A stretch of DNA of 17,508 bases from Parasteatoda tepidariorum (lineage: Eukaryota): the NCBI RefSeq assembly GCF_043381705.1, contig NC_092214.1, forward strand, positions 2,705,022 to 2,722,529, written 5' to 3'. The notes beneath the pieces are model-generated. The model saw nothing but the letters and a program-made list of their open reading frames with translations. It made no database searches and was not told the DNA's origin. A program made the position numbers and the translations under genes. Shown here one piece after another: positions 1 through 9,200 of the stretch (positions within the stretch are counted from its first letter, which is position 1; every line of letters starts with the position of its first letter).

Positions 1-34
<34 letters not shown>
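1..34. repeat. Poly(A) homopolymer (34 nt) at the window edge
   Basis: An uninterrupted A run opens the window. It could be the 3' tail of a retroposed element lying upstream of the window. Confidence 0.9.
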
Positions 35-35
<1 letters not shown>

Positions 36-1455
36 GTCTGAAATCTAGAGCTCTTCCATGACATCATAGCACGACGTGACTATTTCTTTTTTTTTAACGT
101 CCTGAGTTCATTTATTTCCGTAAAATTTAGTTTGTAATGCAGTTGAAACAATAGAATTAGAACAATATTGAATATTTTTAAACAGTTATTAACTTTATTT
201 TTCAATTCTTAGTGAAAGAACAATGTAGTTTGTTGAGTTAAAAAAAAAGATATCATTTGGGTGGAATTGCGATTTACGTTACGTAAGCTGCTAGTATATT
301 ATTTTGATTTGTTTTCGTTTATTGATGCAATTATATGAATCAAATTTTATTGAATAACTATAAGAATAAATATTGAATGATTGATTTTATTACGTAATTA
401 AATTTGTGTGACTTTATTACTGGAAAAATGAAAAATAGGTTCAGTTTAGTTTTTCAAACTGATGTGTACTGATAAGCAAAAAGATTTGAGTTATATATTT
501 TTTATTTTTATATGAATAACTCATAAAGTTATTCTTTCAATTTAACTTAACTCTTTTTCAAGTTTATGTCGTAAAGATAAAAATTTTACTGAAGTTAATT
601 TAAAAATACCTTTGTTTTCTTACACAACCATCAAGAGTATTATGTGAACATCATTCTCTCATCTTTTCTGCATTTTTGATTTTTTTTCCTCTTCATTGCA
701 TATTGACCAGAACTTAAATCACTTATAAGAATTTTTTAAAACTTTAAACAAAAATATAAACTTCATAGCACATATTAGTGTAAATTAATGCATCTGTATT
801 GTCTAGAGGAAGTTATAAACACCTCTTGTTGTACCGCCAACTAGTACAAAGAAATGTCCTGAGGAATAAGGTGCATACCACCCTTTCTGTGCTTTGCTGA
901 TCCCACCGCATTTCTGATTTTGACTCAAGGGGTGATTCCTTTCTCACAAGCAAAAGGTCAATGAGATGGAATAGAAAAAATCTCTGAACAACTTCAAACA
1001 GCAAATAAACAAGTCTCTCTTTTTTTAGGAAAAAAAAGAAAGAACTTGAAAAAAGTTTGTGTGAGCTTTGTAGTGAAAAAATTATTTTGATCAGTTAAAA
1101 GCGGAAGAACATACAAAAAGGGCAATGTAAACTCGAGGTCCCTCTGTGTATAAGTTTTTTTTTAACGGAAATGCGCATAGCCCAGAGGAATCATATAATT
1201 TTCTTATGATTGTCTAATTGTACGTACCTCATTTAAAAAAAATACTGTTATGGTAAATTTCAGTAACTGAAAATCATTTTTATGAGATTGAAAATCAAGA
1301 ATTCCAGATCCAATCAGAAGTTAAACTAATAGAGTTATTAGGCTTAGAAATATCACAAACTGAAATATCTTTTAAATTTTATATATTGATCATTTTAAAC
1401 ATAATCCAAAACATATAATTTATAAAATACCTAAAAGTGTGAAACTTTATTCCAG

Positions 1456-1555
1456 TAAGTCAGCATATGTATATGGTGTGCATAAAGGTTCAGTTCTCTC
1501 CTTACACCTGTTTGGTAAATATTTTCCACTTGTGATGTCATCTGGATATGATAAA
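1456..1555 (+). CDS. WD40-repeat protein, internal coding exon (starts in phase 2, ends in phase 0)
   Basis: A polypyrimidine tract and AG (ctttattccAG) sit at 1454-1455. The open frame T|AAG TCA... translates to (x)KSAYVYGVHKGSVLSLHLFGKYFPLVMSSGYDK. A GTATGA donor lies at 1556. Joined to the next exon it gives SSGYDK|VLKIWRI, the canonical WD40 'SGSxDxTIKIWD' motif. Confidence 0.6.
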
Positions 1556-1631
1556 GTATGATAATACTTGTTTTTATTTATATTATTCTCTAAAAAAAAA
1601 ACTCAAAATAAAGAAAATTATTTCCTAATAG

Positions 1632-1748
1632 GTTTTAAAAATTTGGCGCATTGATATAAAGGAAACGATAGAGCTTATGCATTATGAAGACGTGACAACT
1701 AAGCATAGTGATGGAATTTTGTGTAGTTATTATGTTGATTATCACAGT
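1632..1748 (+). CDS. WD40-repeat protein, coding exon (phase 0 to 0)
   Basis: The acceptor is ...tttcctaatAG|G at 1630-1631. The translation is VLKIWRIDIKETIELMHYEDVTTKHSDGILCSYYVDYHS. A strong GTAAGT donor lies at 1749. It completes the WD repeat begun in the previous exon. Confidence 0.65.
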
Positions 1749-1970
1749 GTAAGTGTTCATTTACTTTTTACCACTATGCTTTTCCCTCCTGCATAGTTTC
1801 AATGTACACATCAACCCTCATCCTGTTACTAAATAGGAAACTAGTTTGGCTTAGAAATTATTAGCGAATAGGAGCATTTCCAAGTATTTTTTACTTAATT
1901 TTATTCTTGGCAGAATTTGTTACCTGTTCAATCTCTTTCTTGGCTACCAAGTCTGAGATGATATGTAGGC

Positions 1971-2540
1971 TGAAATGTGTACAGTTAATGAAGCTCCACC
2001 CATCACGTGTTATTCATTAAATTCAACAAAGCTTTTCCAACACTTTTAACTAAGATTATAAGCTTTTAAATATAAATAAATTGAAACTTATTTTGTTGTC
2101 TTAAACAATTATCTTCTGGAACATTAACTAAATGTTTTGAATTTTAATATTAATTCAAAAAATTTTAGAAATTAGTTTATTATTGAAGAAAACTACTAAA
2201 AAAGAATTTGGTTTTTGACTGTGAAAAAGCATTATAAGGTGATGCTATTCAGATTGAAATGTGTACAGTAAATAAAACATTACCCATCATGTGATGTTCA
2301 TCAAACTCAAGTAAATTTTTCCAACACTTTTAACAAACTTGGATTAAAAATCTTTTAAAAATAAATAAATTGAAGCTTATTTATTAAAAAATTAACTTGT
2401 CAAATATTAATTAAATGTTATAAATTTTAATATTAATTCAAAAATTTTATTAAACTTTTTTTGTTACTGCAGAACTGCTTTACAGAATTGCTTTTGTACT
2501 GCCACGAAGAAGAATTTAGTTTTTGACTGTGATAAAGCAT
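1971..2540. repeat. Two-copy tandem duplication of a ~285-bp unit (about 80% identity; the second copy carries a ~50-bp insertion), located in intron 2
   Basis: Unit 1 is roughly 1971-2232 and unit 2 roughly 2255-2540. They share TGAAATGTGTACAG...CCCATCA(C/T)GTG...TTTTCCAACACTTTTAAC...AAATAAATAAATTGAA...AATTTTAATATTAATTCAAAAAATTTTA...GAATTT(G/A)GTTTTTGACTGTGA(A/T)AAAGCAT. Confidence 0.75.
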
Positions 2541-2794
2541 CATTCTTCCGTTCCCAAATAAATCAACTGAAATATGTGAGCATAATATTGAGAAGTATGA
2601 AATCTGTGTGACTAGCTACATCATCCATTCTTATGATCTTAGACTTTCAGCGTTATTTCTAATTTTTGGCAGGTGATTAGGTCACCTGGATTTAAATTAT
2701 TAATTCCCAGTTATCTTTCCTAGCAAGCTTGATCACCAGATTTGTTGCGGAAATACTCACCACCCAATCATAGCTAAGCACCTATCCTCATTTT

Positions 2795-3062
2795 TTAACA
2801 GCTGTGGCAGGAATGTTGTATCATTTTGAACCTGATCAGACTACACGGACGGTGCCTGAGTTGGTGCCTTTTTTTCTCTAAGCTTTTACCCTCTAACTGA
2901 TGAGAGGATTTTCGCCCTTGACAGATTTAATGTGCAACTTTGCTGCGTACGCACACCGGTTGTTTAGTCCGCTGCCAGGATTAAACTCCTGAACCCCAGG
3001 TCTCTACCAGCGGTGTGAGCAGAGCCTTAACCATCTCTGCCACTGGAGCGTCTTGTTGTCAG
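2795..3062 (-). mobile_element. tRNA-derived SINE, B2-like head with pol III A- and B-box-like motifs, antisense in intron 2; the 3' boundary is uncertain
   Basis: The reverse complement of 2971-3052 is CGCTCCAGTGGCAGAGATGGTTAAGGCTCTGCTCACACCGCTGGTAGAGACCTGGGGTTCAGGAGTTTAATCCTGGCAGC. It has an A-box-like TGGCAGAGATGG, a B-box-like GGTTCAGGAGTTTAATCC, and the overall shape of a tRNA-derived SINE head. It forms a GC-rich block in AT-rich DNA. The tail side has only short A runs, so the element may extend to about 2650. Confidence 0.5.
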
Positions 3063-3215
3063 AACAGCACAACTGCTTCAAGAGTACACACTGTTGAGCT
3101 TATTTGACTTCTTAGCTAAATGAATTTACTATTTTATAATTCTAAAACAACAGGTTTATATGTCTAAAATTAGAAGTTGATTTTTTTATTTGCTTTTAAT
3201 ATTTTTTTTCTTTAG

Positions 3216-3332
3216 ATTTATCCTCGATATTATTTATCTGGCTCACATGATAATAATATTATTATGACTGAAGGTTATGGGGAGAAAATCTTATGTGGAT
3301 TAAAGACAAGCGTAATAAATGTTTGTTTCTCA
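3216..3332 (+). CDS. WD40-repeat protein, coding exon (phase 0 to 0)
   Basis: The acceptor is ttttttttctttAG at 3214-3215. Only one frame is open: IYPRYYLSGSHDNNIIMTEGYGEKILCGLKTSVINVCFS. The donor is CA|GTAAGT at 3333. LSGSHDNNIIM is WD-like, and VINVCFS is the typical 'V.SV.FS' strand. An alternative weaker donor, GTAATA at 3312, would also keep phase 0. Confidence 0.55.
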
Positions 3333-3722
3333 GTAAGTATCTATTTTTTACTATTTTTTTAGAAGAAAGTAATGAAGTATTTTTAATATTCTAACTTGAT
3401 GTATATCAAGAACAGTGTTGTAATAATCTATATTTTAGTTACTGTTAAATATTTTGTAACCCTCCAAACCCATGAGCCATTGAGTAAAATTACGCAGAAA
3501 TTTTCTTGCTACTTGCAATTTTTTCTTTTGCTAACATGAAGAAACTGGTATTTTAATGCAATTTGAAAAAGTACAACACTAAGAGTCAGAGGGTTAATTT
3601 CAATTTTAGTTCATAATAAATTATAAATAAAAAATTTGTTTCTAAATTATAAAATTCATTTTATCTTTTTAAACTTAATTTTCATAGAAACTGTTTTCAA
3701 CTCCTATTGTTTTATTTTTCAG

Positions 3723-3849
3723 AATGATTATATCATTGGATGTGCTAATGATGGTAGTGTTGCCATGTGGTCTATAGATGGGAAATTATCAAGTTATGTC
3801 CCTGGAATTGATCAATCATCTACAATATTATCATTCTTAGTTGAAAAAA
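3723..3849 (+). CDS. WD40-repeat protein, coding exon (phase 0 to 1)
   Basis: The acceptor is ttgttttatttttcAG at 3721-3722. The translation is NDYIIGCANDGSVAMWSIDGKLSSYVPGIDQSSTILSFLVEK(+a), in the same frame as the supplied + ORF 3636-3866. The donor is A|GTAAGA at 3850. GCANDGSVAMWSIDGK is a classic WD40 core. Confidence 0.65.
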
Positions 3850-4249
3850 GTAAGACAATAATTTGAATTCATGTAGTCATTACAAATATTATTGAGTTAT
3901 AGATAGCATCTATTTAATGAAAAAGATATTTTAAAGCATTCAATCGATGTGAGCTGTAACAGTTTCATTCAAAAACTCAATATTGTCTATTAAATTATTT
4001 TTCCAACTTTCTGCTTTCTTTTTGATTATAAAATAATGGTGAACAAGAATTTAGAATCACTTTTTTCTAAAGTATATGTGGAAAACAAATTTGTTTCTGA
4101 AACTCATCTTGAAGCTAAAATAATTTATACTTTATTATCATATAACTAATCACGTTTTTTGTATATTTTTAAGATTTTGTAATGTAAGTATATTTTTTAC
4201 TTCTTTATTTTTTAAAATATTAATTTTTATTGTATGTTTTTTTGCATAG

Positions 4250-4329
4250 ATGTGGCAGGAGGAGTCTTTGATGTCACTCTGGCATATGTTGATAAAGATG
4301 GCAGTGTGAAAATAACTAAACCTATTCAG
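4250..4329 (+). CDS. WD40-repeat protein, coding exon (phase 1 to 0)
   Basis: The acceptor is tttttttgcatAG at 4248-4249. The one-nt carry-over 'a' plus AT gives N, then VAGGVFDVTLAYVDKDGSVKITKPIQ. The donor CAG|GTTTTA at 4330 is weak. The frame closes with a stop 15 nt further on, so the exon must end by then. Confidence 0.5.
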
Positions 4330-4445
4330 GTTTTAAACTTTTCTTAATAATAACTTGTTACATTAATAGTTTTTAATCACAAATTTTTATTGTTTCTTTT
4401 GGTTAAGCTAAAGAAGCATTTTGAGTTTTCTTTAGAACTTTCTTT

Positions 4446-4503
4446 AGAGGAAAAAATTTTACCAATAAAGATGTACACTACTTTATTGGTAAAATTTTCC
4501 TCT
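4446..4503. repeat. Long near-perfect hairpin (about 23-bp stem, 10-nt loop) in intron 5
   Basis: The left arm AGAGGAAAAAATTTTACCAATAAAG (4446-4470) pairs with the right arm CTTTATTGGTAAAATTTTCCTCT (4481-4503). The pairing is perfect apart from a 2-nt A bulge. The loop is ATGTACACTA. Confidence 0.6.
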
Positions 4504-5974
4504 CCATTTTTAAGTAAAATTAGGCAAAATAATCCATTTTTTGTTTTTTCAAAGATGTTAAAAAGTTAATTTAAATCAGAAATAGTTGGATTTGCTTCTG
4601 ATATTTCACCTCACAAAGAAATTCTTTCGCATTTCTTAGATAAAATTTTATCATCAATAAAACATCTACTGTAAATGAAATATTATTTAGATATATTCCT
4701 TACCGTTGAAAGAAGTTTCAATTTTATTGTTACAAGATTTTCCCCATTGCTACTTTGCAACAAACTTGTATTTGAAGGAGTTTCCTTATTTTTATAGCAT
4801 GTAGCAGATGAGTTTTTTTAATCCAAACCATACGTAGGACTAGGTGATGTAAGAAATTTTGTATTGTGATATATCGTCTGTTAGATATTGCAATATAGTG
4901 ATATATTGCAATGGAACATAGTGTCAGATATTATTTCTTTTGAATCAAAACCACACAATTAGTAATCTTAAATCAATCTTCAAATAAAAAATAGAAATTT
5001 AAATAAAAGAAAATTGTATTTATATGAAAAAAACACTGCAAGCAAAAATAACACTGCTTAGCTTTTAAAAATTAAGAGAATGAAGATGACTTAACACCAA
5101 ACTCTAATATTAAAAATAAACGTAAGCTGAAAATAGTATAAATTTTAAAAATTAAATAACTATCATTCTTAATTTAAATAATTTAAATAGGAAATATACA
5201 CCATGAAATAAATATAAGTAGATTAAGCAGAGAAAAAGTAGACTCTGCCTAGTAAGATTATTTACTCTATTCAATTTAAGCTATAATTAAGAAAGTATTC
5301 CTGAGTTTTTCAATTATAATTTCGATATAAATTTTAAAATTTAGCTTCAAGAAGCTCATTTTTTTAAAACTTCTAAATCTTTTTGTTTTGTGCAACTTAA
5401 AAAAGCAATATTTTAATAAATTTCCCGAATCTTCAGAATCTTGAAAGTTTTTGGCGTGAACTATTAATTGTTGTGCTTTGTATAAAAATCTAAAAATAAC
5501 AAAATAAATGTTTTAAAATGGATTTGTACTACACTATCCCTGACTTTGCTTCAATCCTGATCAGCAGTTGCTGCTGTAAAAATTTATTCACCTTATTTTT
5601 TATCGCACTTCTAACAGCTCTTATTTTACACCTCTAATTTTCTTATTGCACCTATTAGGAATAAAAAATATTGAATTAAAATAATTTTTTAACGATAACA
5701 ATGTTTCTTTTCAACAAGTAGAAACTAACATCGATTTTGAAGTGAAAATTTCATCTTTGAACAACCTTTAACTTTAAAATTACTTCAAGCTTAATGAAAA
5801 GTTTTTTTTCTCCTCATATATCTTAGCCTTAAAATTGATTGGTGTGCAAAACTTCAAATTAATTGGTAGTCTCTTTTTTAATTTACTAAAATCAATCAAA
5901 TTATTTTTAAAAACCTAATTTTATTTGTATGTTAGTGTATATTTTGAAATATTTAAAGTGTTTTTTTTTTCTAG

Positions 5975-6262
5975 AAATTATATTGGTATTCACTTGAAGG
6001 ACACAGCAAAAGTATCACATCATGCAGTATCAATAGAAATGGTGAAATAATCTCAAGCTCTCTTGATGGAACAATAAATGTTTGGAAAATTAGTGCCGAT
6101 ACCCCAGATGCATTTTTAAACCATAAATCATCCATTAATGGAATTCTTATATCAAATGAAAACAAAATGCTGATTACTTCTGATGTGCAAGGAACCATTT
6201 TATTGTGGAAACCGAATGATGTTTCAAAACGATTCAGTTTAGTCTGTGTTGGAAAGAAAACT
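5975..6262 (+). CDS. WD40-repeat protein, coding exon with two full WD repeats (phase 0 to 0)
   Basis: The acceptor is ttttttttttctAG at 5973-5974. The 96-codon open frame reads KLYWYSLEGHSKSITSCSINRNGEIISSSLDGTINVWKISADTPDAFLNHKSSINGILISNENKMLITSDVQGTILLWKPNDVSKRFSLVCVGKKT. A GTAAGT donor lies at 6263. The supplied minus ORF 5971-6198 is its antisense shadow. Confidence 0.8.
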
Positions 6263-9200
6263 GTAAGTCATATTATTTCTTGTTATTGTAGTTTAAATTT
6301 TCTAGCTATTAATTAAATCTGAATAAAGCTTAGAATAAAAAATTTTTTCTTTAGATAAATTATGTTTTAAAATTATGTTAAGAACCTTATTTGTTTAAAG
6401 TGTTATTTTTTTCATATCTTCCTGAAACCAGACATTGGACAACATTTGATAATATTTTAGTGTGCAAAAAAAATTTTTTAAAGATTTTTTTGTGCTTTTA
6501 CAAAATGATTGTCTATGTAAAAACATAATTGATGTAGGTAACCTTTTCAGGGTCAAAATACACTGCAAAAATATGCCACAATCTTTAAAAAAGAAAAACT
6601 TAAATATATAACTTTTTTATGAAATTTAAAATTAATTACATTCAATTGTAATTTTTAAATTTTTTTAATCTTATTTATAAGATAACATTGTTCTAACCTC
6701 CATATTTCTTGGTAAAATAGCATTTTTTGTCATTATACAAAACGTGGATCTCAGGAGGATATGTAATTTGAATTTCATTGAAGGTAAAATTATTGATTCT
6801 TAATTTATCTTTAATATTAACATTACCAATCCCAAGTAGCACAAATCTCAAAAACGCTATCATAAAAACACAACTTCAAGCGATATCGTTGAGAAATATT
6901 GTGATATATAAAAATGGACACAATTTCTAATATTGTTCAATATTCTAAAATTATATTGTTTGATACTTAAAAGAAACGCTGTAGAATGTTATTAGGTATC
7001 TCTGAGCATTAACAAGCGCTGTAAATCGACATTGTAAAAACTACATTCACAAAACAAATGCTGTGGAATTCTGGCCATCATCACCTTCATTTTTCAAAAA
7101 ATGTAACATTTGAAAAAAAAATTCAGGATTGTTTGTAATCTGGAAAAGAGAAAAAACTGTTTATAAAACCATTTCCAGCTAGTTTTCAATAGAAATAGAA
7201 TATCTTTCATTCAATATATATTTACGTGTGGAAGCAACTATTTTGTTAAAAAAGTTGGTAAAGCTTTTCCTATTTTAAACTATACAGCATTATTTACTTT
7301 CTACTGGGTGAAAAACTATCATGCATAGATGTTAGAACTTTTAACAATTCTTGGTAGTCAAGGATATTTTTTTCTCATTCCTGAAAATAAAGCAGCAATG
7401 AAACGGCTTTTGCTAAAAAAAAAATTTCTCTTTTTCCAGTGTACAAAAAGCCCTGTTATAATTTCAGTTTGAAATTTCTTTTAATAATTGTTGTAATAAC
7501 TATAAAAATAATTAAAATGAAACAAAATTACAACGATAAGGATTTTTCTACTTATCTTTTTTTTTCTCTCACTGAAATTCAATCTTCGCATAACTTTTTT
7601 TTTATAATACCTAAACTTTCTCCTGATTAAAATCTTTAATTAAACCTAGAGAGAAAAGTACTGTGTGGGTACGTGTATACTGAGTGGGAAGAAATACACC
7701 AAAAATATTTTGTGATATGCTCGTATTCCATTTGTTTCAACAAAAATAGGTATTAACTCAGTACTTAAAAGTTTCCCTTATAAAAAAATATTTGTAGAAA
7801 ATTTCTTTAAATAGTGACCACAATTCTCTATTAAAACCTATTTTTTCATTTTCAAATAAATAGTTTTTTATATGTCTAGTTGTGAAATTCAGCATAAATA
7901 GACAAATGTTTAAAAATGTAATGCAAAGACACTAGGACTTTAAAAAGATGCCAAAAATTGTGTTTGGTAATGGTTAATAAAGAAAATGATACTCGTATGT
8001 CACATAATTTTATTTTGCATAAAATAATGTTTTCAACTGATTTTATTGAATATAATTTGCTGATAATAGATAATGCATGAAAAATATATTATACATTTTC
8101 TTAAGCAAATGGGTAAAATACATTAATGGGGGAAGAATTTAAAAAATTATGTGTTACAGTCAGTTGCATTGACATTAGTTAGAAATAGAGAAATAGTTCT
8201 TGAGAAAAAAACGACTTATTTGTTTTTCAACTAATAATATCAATAATCAATAGAACACAGGCAATATAGTTTATTAAAGCATGAAATTTCATAGTAAAAT
8301 CATGAAATTTAGGAAAATAAACATTGCGACAGCAATGCTTCCTTAAGATATTTACCAATGATAAGCACTTTAACAACAAAGACAACTTATGGTAGTTATT
8401 AAGACAGTGTGAAGAAAAATATATATGCATTATCTCCATCTTATGTATACTGTCATAGGTACCAACCCTGAAGTAACAACTTCCCACAATATTTAAAGCT
8501 GTATGACAATTATTGTATTTATTGTTATTTTTGTAGGCAAAATCAATTTGAATCAAACTTATTAAATAAAAAAAATGACTAAGCATAAAATTTAATACTA
8601 CTCAAATTATGATCCAAAAAAATTATTGATAAACCTGGGATATTAGCTGGTATGTACTGTATATGCATTTATGAAACATGCTTACTTATACTTTCAAATA
8701 AAATTATGAAGAGATAAAACTTCTCTACATTGGTTTGATCTTTTATACCCTAATAGATATGTTTTTAAGCTATATTTTAAATATTAAGTTGATCAAAGAA
8801 ATTTTTCCCTTAATTTTTATGACTTTATGATAAAAATAGAAACAATTCTCAAGTTTTTAAAAAAACAATTCAAACATTAAATTATTACTATATGCTGGCT
8901 TTATTAACCCTCTAAAGCATTAGTTATTGATTCACCTCACTGTTTATACATATATATACATATTTGCTTCAATATTTTTCTTTCTATGTTATTTTGTACT
9001 AAATACTCAGCAAGATTAAAGTATTAGATATTTAACTCAGTTAACTACTTAAATAATTTCTCAATAATTTCTCATGAATTTTGCATAATATTTTAAATAA
9101 AAGTATATGTTTAATCAGAGACATTTCAATCTAAATGTTTTTAAATTCTAAAAGCAATTCTATATTTACTACTTTGAACTTATTGGTGGTGTTCCAAATA

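Noticed and set aside
3312-3332. Alternative exon-3 donor GTAATA at 3312 instead of GTAAGT at 3333
   Set aside because: Both keep phase 0. GTAAGT is the consensus donor, and the extra residues VINVCFS complete a WD beta-strand motif that leads into NDYIIGCANDGS. I kept 3332 as the exon end and flag the alternative.
3636-3866. Supplied 76-aa + ORF treated as a single CDS
   Set aside because: Only 3723-3849 is exon. The upstream part (MFLNYKIHFIFLNLIFIETVFNSYCFIFQ) is AT-rich intron read through in frame. The strong polypyrimidine-AG at 3722 and the phase-0 join from exon 3 place the true start there, and the GTAAGA donor at 3850 comes before the ORF's stop.
5971-6198. Supplied 75-aa minus-strand ORF
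   Set aside because: It is the antisense shadow of the strongly supported + strand WD40 exon at 5975-6262. The + frame has textbook WD motifs and flanking acceptor and donor sites, and the minus translation has no motif.
7439-7630. 63-aa + ORF
   Set aside because: Low-complexity I/K/F-rich translation of AT-rich sequence containing a T10 run. It has no WD-like motif and cannot be joined in phase to exon 6.
8227-8586. 119-aa minus-strand ORF, the longest in the window
   Set aside because: It has extreme AT-rich codon composition dominated by N, K, I, Y, F and L, no domain-like pattern, and no splice or promoter context. An ORF of this length is expected by chance in ~25% GC DNA, where stop codons TAA and TAG are frequent but long A/T-codon runs still occur.
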